NCBI GenBank assembly: GCA_002269645.1
Contig: NIVC01002856.1
Coordinates: forward strand, 62,001 to 126,000
Length of the DNA: 64,000 nucleotides
Reading direction: 5' to 3'
Source of the DNA: Macrostomum lignano
Lineage: Eukaryota
The position numbers and the translations under genes are program-made. Every line of letters begins with the position of its first letter. The first letter of the stretch is position 1. Positions 48,635 through 60,600 of the stretch are shown here, one piece after another. The notes below the pieces were generated by a model. The model saw only the letters and a list, made by a program, of their open reading frames with translations. It searched no databases and was not told where the DNA came from.

Positions 48635-51600
48635 ATGACGGACCCTCCTGAGGCAGGCGAGGCCGTGCATCCTTCGTCGGCCATTGACGAAGCCGCCGTG
48701 GAGTCCTGGCTCGAAAGCCATCCAGAGTTCTTTGAGGACTACTTCTATCGAAAGGCCACTCGCCGCCTGGTGGACACCTGGGTTTATCGACGGGTCCGCA
48801 CGGCAACAACTACGAGCTCGCACGGGGCAAGTTTCAGTTCGTTTGACTGGCACAGCATCCCGGAAACGCTAGCCCAGCAGCAGAACCAGCAGCAGCAGCC
48901 AGCCGGGGGAGACTCCGCCATCCAGGAGGAGATCGAAAGCAGCGTGAACGTATCTCGGTCCACATCCTGCAGTAGCAACGTCATCCGTAAAGTGTCCAGC
49001 GAGTTCGTCTACCTGGATCGAAACCAGAGCTCATCGCCGCTATTGACGAGATTTACGGACGGCTCAGCCTCCTTTATTATTGACTCCATGGTGGCGTCAC
49101 CCACGCTGCCGCGAACACCGAGCGGCCTGGGAACGAGCAACAAACATCAGCAGCAATCTCAGCAGCAGCCTCTTCCACAGCCAGCGCAGCCGACTGCTGA
49201 GCAGCAGCAAGCGCCAGCGGCGGCATCGTCTGGCGCACAGGGGCTGCGTGCTTTCGCCGAGGAGGGCATGCTGCGCGAGCTGGTACTGGACATTTTCCAC
49301 GAACTGGACGTGGCCACCCTCTGCCACAAGATCCTGCGCAATGTCTGCCTGCTGATAGGCGCAGATAGGTGCTCGCTATTTTTGGTGGAATCGGCACCAG
49401 GTCGGTCTCAACTGGAGCTGGTCAGCAATCTCTTCGACGTCACTGCGGACAGCTGTTTGGAAACTATCTTGGCCAACCACAGCTCCATCCGCATCCCCAT
49501 CGGTCAGGGCATTGTGGGCAGCGTCGCTCTCACTGGCGAGCCAGTGCGCATTGCGGACGCGTACCAGGTAAGCCGCATTCCAGATAAGGGAGAATTTGAA
49601 AATGTGAGTGGACCATTTGTAGCGCTGAGGATAGTGCGTCAGAGACAGCCTCTCATTGTGTTCGCCACTCACTTACTCACAAATCACCAGTTTCTGGATT
49701 AGATTTCGAGGGGGAAAGACCTGGGATCTTTGCGATTTAGAGCTTTGGGCCCGCTCATGAAGCCCTATCAGCAAGTGTACACTGCCTGAGGTTGAGAAAG
49801 TGTGGCAAGTGTAACATTAAACGTGAGCGTGCGCCTGTGTGCGTAGCCTTGTTCTTGTGTGTGCTCAGCGACTACCATGAAAGTCTTCACAGAAGGATCT
49901 ACTATTTAGGAATATTCGTCAGTTTAATTTGGCATTTCTCTGTCGTTACGCAGAGAGACCAATGTCGAGAGTAAACTACCCAGTTACCTGCCCAGATATT
50001 ACTTGGACGATCCACTGAGCCGAGTAACAGTGCACACTGAGGCCAGAATCTTCCTCCCTTAGAAACTTCTCGATAATGAAGAGAAAGCAACTGAGAGAAA
50101 TTTTCCACATTGCCAAACGAAGCCCAGCTGGTTTGACAGGAAGTAAAGGAGGTTTGCCGTGATGAATGCTGCTTTCTCCAAAGCCTTTGCAGCCTGGCAG
50201 CAGGTTTCTGATTAATTTAATTTCTGATTAATTTAATTTCGGCTCAAACGTTCAGCCTTACAGCCGTAGCTTGGGGATTCTCTCAAACATTTCTATCCCA
50301 CAAGACTTTGTTCTTATCTATTTACTTGTCCATATTCATTACTTTGAACCAACTAACCATCTTCAATCTCTTTTATTTTTCTTCTTCCTACCAACCTTGG
50401 CCTAATCGACCGTTAACTTTCTCCCGGCACATTGTCACCGCTCCTATTCGTCAAAAGCAGATTTCCCTGGAGGAGCGCTCTCACTATAGCTAATTAGCTT
50501 AGCTGTCTGGCTGATTTCCCGCAGGTAAGCTTGGAAACTGCGAGCTAATTGCATTTAGATCGCCGCAATCTGAGCTAAGGCAAGAAAAGAACCCCCTCAC
50601 ATGAGTCTAGCGGTAATGTGTACATACCAGTTTTATACGATCTTAGATATGCCTAAGAGCACTAGGTCCATGATGCACATTTATTCATAAAGACTCTGAA
50701 ACAGTGTGAAGCAGTCCATTTAGGTTGAAGGACGAAATTATGACTCATTATATACGGTAGTGTAACGGTGTTGATATTTAGTTGTTCGTAAATAATATGG
50801 TATGATTAATGTCTCCTTAGTATTGTATTAATTTATCTACTATTCATTAGCGAATTTTACAAGTTCTTCAATATGTACGCTTACAATTTGTTTTACGGTA
50901 ATCTTTCACAGAAATATTGTACTATTTAAAAGACTGTTAAATCGCTATTTTGCGCTCGGCGCGTGCTTTTCGGTTAGTCCGCCGCGTGGTGCCCGTCCGC
51001 AATAGCTTACCACCAAGAATTTAACGGCAATGAAGTTTATCCTGTCTGTTCAAATATATAGGCCGTAAGAGAGGGTCTTAAGAGGGTCTTAAGAGAGGGC
51101 CGTAAGAGAGGGTAGGAGACGGTCTCTCACTGCGAAGACTCAATTTATTACATGGCCGTTAGTACCGAACTTAGAAGGGTCTCGTCACAGTAGCTACGAG
51201 TATGCAGCTACAATATTAGAGAAAATTTACCTTTTTTATCATTATCGAGCCCTACAATCTAGCTCAAGATGCGTTGCTTGCGAAGAAACTTACCTGTAAG
51301 TTGCACCACCAATCGTGGACCAAAGTATCCAGCTTCGACTTCGTGCGCGGTCACTTTAGTTGGAGGATTCGTTAACAAAAAAGACTACGAGTGTGTACAT
51401 GTCGGACGATGAGAAAATCAGGGCTGTTGTACACCCCGAAGAATACCCTCTGCGATTGAAAAGCAACAAAAACAAACCGCAACCCCCCCATTCGTTAGGA
51501 CGAGCGTTTCAACGCCGAGATAGACAAGCAGACCGGCTATCGGACCAAGAGCGTCCTGTGCCTGCCCGTGAAGGACCACACTGGCGCAGTGATCGGGGTG

Positions 51601-54600
51601 ACTCAGGCCGTGAACAAAAGGGACGGCGGCGTGTTCAGCGAGACTGACGAGAAGGTAATGTCGCTTTTCATTAGGCAAGGAAACAAACAGAATTGATGGC
51701 AATGATTCTACACTGCACTCCTTTCAGACATTCGAAACCTTTCTCACCTTCTGCGGCATTGGAATTCGAAACGCCAAACTGTACAAGCAGTCGCAACTGG
51801 AGACCAAGAGAAATCAGGTTTAATTTTTTTGGAATGATTTGGTTGTGCTTTCTACCTTCGTTAAGGATGGTAATAGATCCAAAATTTATCCATTCTTCAT
51901 TGAGAATGCGGGAAATATTTTCTACTCATCAGTAATTTCTCAAGTAAAATGACAGGCTGTTTTAACTCAATTCCCAATCCTTTTGGACTTTTGGTCAGCA
52001 AAATATAGAAATTGAGCGGTTATCCAGAATCTACCATGCATTTACTATCCGTGCGTTGAGAATGGATCTCTGACTGTTTGACAGGAATATAGTTTGCACA
52101 GCAATCAGACTATAAAGTTAGTGAAGAGTCCTAAACTTTTGATAAGAAAATATACTGTATTTTTTTAATTATCAAAAAAAATTATCAAATTTCTTAAATT
52201 TTTGACAGTTTACGTACCTTTTTGAGTTCATCAAATTCATTCTGAACAAAAGTTAACGAACTCTTTCTATTAAACACCTTTGAATCTCGCCCTTAAACCT
52301 CCTACGCAGGTACTTCTAGACATGGTTCGCATAATATCGGAGCAGCAGGACAACCTTGATCCCCTGGTCAGGAAGATAATGCACTACATGCAGTTGATAA
52401 CAACCTGCAGGTGGTGCCAAATTCTGCTAATCGACGATCCAACGTCAGTTGAGGTGCGTGCAAAGGATCGCAAGATATTTTTGGAGTAAAAAAGTTTAAA
52501 AAAAACCTTGCCAACTGTAGTGCATGTGGGGAAACTGTTCCTTGCAAACTGACATACAACAGAAAAACTACGCTAGGGTTTTAGATTAAGTTCGAGCTAC
52601 GCCTCACCACATACTGAAGAATTTCCTAACGTTGTCCTGACTGCAGGGCATGTTCGATCACGCGTTCGAGCTGCGCTTCGAGGACGACGACGCAAACTCA
52701 GCGACAGTGCACGACGGAGAAAGCCGACAGCCAGCGGCTCCTGTTGTCACCGACTATTGCAGGTTGGGCCGGTTTTGTGCTATTCAGCTAAGCCATTAAA
52801 AACGAAAGTTAATTTGCTCTACTGGCTTCGCTTTGACTTCTGTTTTACAATTTCAGGATGCTACTTAACAGCGAACTCATAAGTCTTGTATGCGACACTG
52901 GAGAGGTTAGTAGACCTATTTTTTTATTGCTGATTTTTTATTTTCTATCTTTCAATGGTATTATATCCTTACGTTGTTTATTTACTTTGGAATTTTAGCC
53001 GCTCAACATTTCGAATCCCAGGGAAGACATGCGGTTGACAGTAAGTTCACCGTCACTGAACCTGGACGTAGTGACTGCTAGTGCGCCATCTGCGTGATGT
53101 GTAGCCGGAATTAATCAAAAATTTTCATTTCCTTTACAAGAGGGGCCAAAGTGGTAACGCGTCCGACATCAAAGTTTTCGGATGACAACCATTTCACATT
53201 AATTTGGGCTTCCGCACGGAATGCTGGCCTGAGGCCTGTGTGACTTTCAGGGCACACGCACGGGAGGGATCCTTGCAAATATTGATTCATAAGCTTTCCC
53301 TGATTTATCGTCAAGCAGTAATTCGAATCAAGTTATGATACGCCACAGTATTCGGATTCTCGGTTGTGCTCAGGGTCAGTCGACTTTGTATACTAATTAA
53401 AATCCTCGTTAGGAGCTGGAGCGCCTGAGCATCAGCGCACTGCTCTGCTTGCCAATCAAGAACGCCCAGTCGCGCGTTGCCGGCCTCTGCCTGTTGATGA
53501 ACAAGTCTGACGGCGGCGCCTTCACGTCCGGCGACCAGCAGCTGGCGGAGGCCTTCGCCCTGTTCTGCGGCCTCGGCATTCACAACACGCGGATGTTCGA
53601 ACGAGCCGAGGTGGCCAAACGCCGGCAGCAAGTGGCGCTGGAGGTGCTCAGCTATCACGCAGTCGCTTCCAGTGAGGACGCGCAAAAGTTGGCCAAGTGT
53701 CTGATACCGTCGTCGAGGTTCTTGGGCATCAACGAGTTTTCCTTCTCGGATCTGGCGTGAGCAGCTTTTCTATTGCTATGCTCAAAAACGGGGAATGAGA
53801 TTGATGAATGACGTACAATAACTACTAGCTCGTATTTATTTGTATGTGGATGCGGCAGTTCTAAATTTTCGACATTACGCATGCAAAAACTACACCCTCA
53901 TACGTTTTTTACGTTTCCTGCAGTTATAGATGGAAAATGAAGTAACCATCACCTAGATTGCACATTGCCCAATTTTTACGGCTTCAAAACGCCTCGTACT
54001 CTTGGGTATAATTAGGTATGAGTATATGGACTATGAAAGTGCCAGCTTGTACTAAACTGTGAAAATGAAACTTGGGGAATATGAAGCTCGGGATATTATG
54101 TGCCCTGGAAAAAAAGCACCTTGGAAAATTGCTCCAAAAAAGCTTTTTTATCTTTCATCCATCTACTATGCTAAATGTTGAAACATAAAACATTGTCTAA
54201 CCGAACCGGATAGAATGAGCGACGAGGAAACGCTGATAAGTGTGATCAAAATGTTCGAAGACACCGGCCTGTTCTCGGCCTTCAAGTTAAACTACGCCAG
54301 CTTCTGCCGTTGGATTCTGTCCGTGAAGAAAAACTACCGGGCGGTCACCTACCACAATTGGCGGCACGCGCTGAACGTGACGCAGTGCATGTTCGCCATG
54401 CTGCGGGTGAGCCGAAATAAGCATAATTCTTTTAATTAACGGCCCATAGTTCAGACTCATTTCAGCTCATAAGCACTAGCAAGAAGCGGTAGGGTAGAAT
54501 TTATGACTGCCTTGTAAGATCAATAAGTGCACCTAAAAAGTGTCTAAAATACAGAGAGGGCAATATCTTGATGGCGGTGACCTGTGGCAAGGAAACGGTT

Positions 54601-57600
54601 ATCGTCACTTCGCTCTCCCCAAAAAGTTTGCATCTATAATTTTAGTACCTATAAGTTTTTGACGTTAAGACAGAGCAGCTCAGCGTCAAAACGAAAATTT
54701 GTGTTGTCTTGCAATGAGTGCCTTGAGGGCCTACATAACAGGATACGAGCTATCCGTGTGCCTGCATGTGCTCAGGTGTCAGCGGAATGAGTAGAATTGC
54801 CTCAGTGCTGGTTGTGAGATGATGTCACCGAAGGAATTGCGCCAGGGTGCCCCACAGCCTTCCTGAAATTATTTTTAATATTATGCTTTGATGCTGATTC
54901 TGTACCATAAAACCCAGCGAATCAGTCTGCTCAAATAGCCTCAATAGCATAATCTTTCGACTATGTCCGAGGCTAATGCTTAACTTCGTTATCAATGGAT
55001 TCAAGTGCTTGCTCTATAGCATTTTGCCGCTGTATTTACTCCAGGAAAAGAATACGAGCATATCGCTGCTGCACGACAATGCATTTAGTTACAGAGAAAT
55101 CCTACATCTTATACATTGTTATTACATTCGTGCCATGTGAAGAACCGAGCCTTGCATGCAGTTTGTCGTACAATCAGCAAAAAATCGAGTCTTCTCGTCA
55201 GGCTTGCACGCAAATCTTTGCTAGTATAATCACGACTTGATTTGATCCCTATTGGAGGCTGCGGGATCCCTTCGGTGACGGATCGGATAGGCAGAGCTGG
55301 GTGCTCATGCTCTTATCAGACAATCCTCAGCAGCACAAGACGCTGCTTGCCTGCAACCGAATGCAACTGCAGCTTAGCAGTGCACGGGGATCATATTTTC
55401 CTCAAATACTGAGCCACGCAGAATTGCCTTTGCTTCCTCTTCAGGAATAAAACAGTGGAGTAAAGAGGCTTATATATTCTGATAAGAGCAATTGAATAGA
55501 AGGTAATATGGAAATATACACGTGACTGAGCTGCGGTAAACTTTAGGTAGAAGAGCATTGAGACAGTTCGACAAAGCAAGCAGTAGGAAACGCATGGCAG
55601 GGTACGCCTTCCAACTCCGTTTCGACCCGTGTGGCACTCCTGAATTGAGCTTACCTTTCTCTAAACAAGCTTCTTCAATTAAACGAGCTTTCCTCCTTAA
55701 ACAAGCTTCCCTACTTGAACGAGCTTCCCTACTTTAATAAGATTCTTGCGTTAAAAGAGCTCTCTAACTTGAATTAGCTTCCCATCACCTTCATCGGACT
55801 TTTCTTCCTGGACCAGCTGCCTCCCACGCTAATAAAGCTTCTCCTGTCTACCTAAATAAGATGGCTTCCTTCTTTCTAACATTCTAAAAATGTATTTCCA
55901 TGCACAAATTTTTTCTTTTATTCGCATCAATTTCATTTCAGACATCGCCAGAGCTCAGAGGCCTCAATCGTCTGGACAAGCTGGCCCTGCTAGTTGCTTC
56001 AATCTGCCACGACCTGGACCATCGAGGCACAGACAACAAATTTCAACGGCTGACCCTGTCCCCGCTCGCCCAGCTATACTCGTCATCAATGCTGGAGAGG
56101 CACCATTTCAACCACACACTGCTCTAGAAGGGCACCGAGGGTGAAAAAAATGTACAGAAGAAAATTTTTGAATTTTTGCACTCAGTGGACTGGCCCTTAT
56201 ACCTGGGTGTAATATAAAAAAAATCTGCCAATTTGCTTCCAGAAAATTGGCCTTTTCTGCTTTTTCTGCAACAGTCTGCTTTTAGTTGTCAAAAATCTGG
56301 AAATTAAAAATGTTGTGCTCAATTTCTTGACTTTTTGGATACGTGGCATTGATCAAAATGTCACTACACAGTAATGACCTCTTTGATGACTGCTATAAGC
56401 TGCCAGGATGTTTCAGCCATAGACAATTTAATAAATTCCATACCTGATGATATTTTCATTATGTACGCTCATAATTCACAAGAAATTAGGAAAATGCGCA
56501 AATATTAGCCTTATTGCTTTCAAAAAGTTGGCTCTGCCATTTTGCGAAAATTCCGCATTTACATGTATTTCAAACAAAGCTATAAATAAAAAAAGTAGGT
56601 ATATTATCATTATTAATTTGCAAATACTTTTGCTTAAACTGAATGCAAAAAAATAAAGGAAGCATTTTAAAGAAATAGTATTAGATGATTTAACAGAATT
56701 AGAAGGTAAAGTTAATATAGGTGAATTGAAAGAATATAAAAGCATTGTCATTTTTTCATTGCATGTGGCTACCAAGGTGACGCAAGAATTCATCACATAT
56801 GTCTCGAGTTGTATATGATAGTGCATCGCAGCAGCCGTTGTGGATACTCTGGATGCGTTAAAGCTGTCCGAAAGCCTCTTGTCCACAGCTGGCCAAAGTC
56901 ACTATGGACGGACTCGCTCGCCTGTTCGGACCAAAAGCCAAGGCCGCGATATCGAGGCTGCTTCCCATTCTCCATGTGACGGTTTTGGTGCTCAATTTCT
57001 GCCTGAAGAAACTCTGGAACATGTGCTAGTAGCGCATGTACCTTTGGACTAATGTTGATGTCCAAGCTCATAAAAGCGCTGGAAAATTCCGAAATGGCTT
57101 GCTCAAATCCAGGCAGCAGCTCATTGCCAAAGCACAGTCGCTTTACATTGCTGAAGCAGCGCATAGAATGGAGAACTGGCATCGAACTGAAAGCACAATG
57201 GTCGGTCAGGATCTGCTCAAGGATATCGACTCCTTCAAGTAGCTTGCTGCATTCATTACCATTGAATGTTCCACCATGCTGCTTTGAACGGCAGATGTTC
57301 AGCTGTCTTGTCCAGGCTGCTGCAGTCACTACGCCACCAGTGTCTGTCGTCAAGCGTGAATCAAGCTCATCATACAGCCTATTAACGATTCCTAACATTA
57401 GATGGAGCTCCATTGGTGGGATCAGCTGTAGAACAGGAACGCTGTCATCTGCATCCAATAGAGGTTGGTGAACACAGTTTTTGAAGCATGCAGCAGAAAT
57501 GCTTTGACATCTGCTTTTTTGATCATTTGCCTGCTGGAACTCTGTTGCTAATTGTCGAATCCGACCAAGTGTGCGCGAGTTTGCTCCCGAGTTTTGCTGC

Positions 57601-60600
57601 ACGAACTTTGACTTGGGCTGCTCGCACCATGGGCAGGGATGCGTGCTGCTACAGGCCTGTAGCCCTAGGATCAAATTCGCCAACTTCATGTCTACGGCAC
57701 AGATAAATGTTACAGCTTCAAGTCGCAAAAGTGCAAGAACTTTCTTCAGGTTGTAATAGCTTTCGCAAACATTTTCAACTATGGCTAGCAAGATGAGCTT
57801 CTTAACTCCGCTGGCTTGTGGCTCAGAAGATGCTGCACGTTTCTCTACCTGTGCTTCTGGAAGAGAAACATCAATGATGTTTGCGCAGACTTTTAAAAAA
57901 CCTCCGCCTCCATCGATTCCGATCTTTACTACAGACTCAGCGGGATTGATCTGGCGGTTCTCCATTATTCGAGACAGCAGCAGACCAACATCTGGGCAGT
58001 ACGCAACGGTGCGCAGCTCTTGTTGGTCTCCCTTAATTTGCAGCGGAAGCTGTGCAACTTGGAAAAACTCTTGAAGAATGATGTCAATCTCTCGAAGTTT
58101 TTGCTCAAGATTTGGCTCAAATGCATTGCGCCCTTGCCATTCGCGTATCTTCTGCGCTGCCTGCTTAGTTTGCCGCTGGCTTAGCCTTAGATCCCGCTGA
58201 AATTGGCTGAACTGCTCTGCAGAAATGGTATCCGCTTCCCTACTATTCAAAGATTGACGTTTCTGCTGCCCAAAACTTACTGTTAAAGATCTTCCACGAG
58301 TTGCCAGCTGGACATTCCTGCTTTCAAAGGGTCCGCTAGAAGCTTCAACCGTCTTCAGTATGTCTGAAGCCTGGATCTCAGCCCCACGCTTGTCCATTAA
58401 GAGCTGCTCAGACAGATTGGCACGCCTTTGTGTAATCGTGCAAGCGTGGCTCTTTCCTCTGCTAATTTTAGAATGGCAGCGTCCGCAAATGGTGACCGGA
58501 TTGGCAGACGGCAGTGGGTCCAAACTATCAATCGGCGGGCGCCCGATGGGATGCGGTCGATGCTTAGCCGTTCCTAATCCTTGACCAATAGGATTTTCGC
58601 GTGCAATCACACAGATTTTGCACTCACATCGAGGACTTTGTCGCGTTAGTGGTGCTAGCAAGACTGACTTCATATTTAAAGCTGCTGGTAGACAATCTCG
58701 GGTCTTAATTCCAACGTCCACATCGTGCAATAAATGTCGGCACCTTGAGCAGATGGCAGTAGGTAGACGAGCATCTTCAAGATCAGCTTCAAACTGCAGC
58801 AGACGACAGATGCGATCAGAGATTTTCTCAGTGATTGGAGAACATGAGCTACCTTTTTTGAAGCACAGTAGGCAAACTTTGAGCCTGTTTTCATCGTGAG
58901 ACTTGTGGCTAGCCATTTTGGTGGGTTGATTTATCCATGAACCAAAAACGTATATATATATATATATACACAATATTACTTACGCGACTCACCTGGAGTA
59001 CACTTCACTTGGCTACTCAACAAATTGAAATTCTGATGCAATAAATACACTAGCAGTAGGAAGAGTTGAAATAAGAAGTAGAAAATGTACATCTGTACGT
59101 GGATTATGGGTCCAATTGATTTTAATTTGTCTACGAGCGTATTCTGTTGTATCAGTCATTGTACTCAATCAGTCAAATAACAAATTTTCCTTTAAACTGA
59201 TTGTATACATTGATCAAATTATGGTTATGACTCAGCTCCAAGCTATATATTGCCAAATGCATGCAAAATTATAATGTTCAGCATTTGTGACCCTCAAGCC
59301 AACTTTTATATTGCGCAATTCCCCTAAATTCACGAATTTACATTTGAAAATATTATCACGTATCCAAAGAGTCAAGAAATTGAGCACAACATTTTTAATT
59401 TCCAGATTTTTGACAACTAAAAGCAGACTGTTGCAGAAAAAGCAGAAAAGGCCAATTTTCTGGAAACAAATTGGCAGATTTTTTTAATATTACACCCTGG
59501 TATAAGGGCCAGTCCACTGAGTGCAAAAATGCAAAAATTTTCTTCTGTACATTTTTTCACCCTCGGTGCCCTTCTAGAGCAGTGTGACCAGTGCATCATG
59601 CTGCTCTCCATCAACGGCTGCGACATCCTGTCGTCACTGTCCCAGTCGCAGTACGAGCGCTGCATTGCCACCATAGAGAAGTGCATTCTAGCTACAGATT
59701 TACAGAAGCACATGGCCGCCAGGTGAAATTGTTGATGCAAACTTTGTCAACGAGTATCAGAACCAGTGATTCTAAATCAATTTTGATAAACATTGCAGAA
59801 TTGTGAATTTTTGCAATTCCGTTCTGTTGCAGGAAAGTTCTACAGCAGCTCGTCACCGACAGAGCATTCAACTGGTCGGAGACGGCCCACCAGGACCTGC
59901 TGCTGGGACTGTTGATGACCGCAGCGGATCTCAGCGCCATCACGAAGCCCTGGTCGGTGCAAAAAAAGGTCGCCTTTCTGGTGGCCAGCGAGTTCTACGA
60001 GCAGGGCGACAGGGAGAAGCAGGAGCTGCACCTGCAGCCTGATGTAAGTTTTGGATTGAAGCTTTGGGCTGGAGCCGAGGTCAGAGTGGCTCAGCGGCAA
60101 ACGCGTCTGAACTTCGAATCACGAACAGTTGAAAATTCAATTCTTACTGGTTCTAGATGTTTAAAAGTTACACTTTTAACATCCTATATACTAAATTTCA
60201 ACACTAGTAAGAAATGAGGTAGCTGGATTTGATGGCCAAACTTCATCTTGAAATGAATGAATTATGAATGAAAGAGGAGCAAAGTACAGCACCCGTATCA
60301 AATATCCCGGGTTTGATTCCAACATTTGTGGGACTTCTGCATTCTCCGCTGATGAGGGCCAGAATACAACATCTGCGTGACAATTAGAGAGTCGGGGGGA
60401 TATGTTTACGTGCTGTGTGACTGCTCGGGTGTAACCAGCGAACTTCATTTCTGTTGGGTCCTGAAAGTCCTGATCGAAAAGCTGGGCAGCAATCTCTCAA
60501 CTTGTGCCTTTTCAGGATCAGAAGGATCGCGCCAAGCAGCAGAAGCTGCCAAAGATGCAGGTGGATTTCATCGATTTTGTCTGCCTGCCCGTCTACACTG

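Noticed and set aside
56840-58899. Plus-strand ORFs inside the transposon
   Set aside because: They are antisense shadows of the transposase ORF with no motifs.
56115-59586. Transposon acting as a self-removing intron (introner) that preserves the PDE
   Set aside because: There is an in-frame TAG 10 nt into the TIR, and no GT or strong GC donor in a phase compatible with the right-end AGs.
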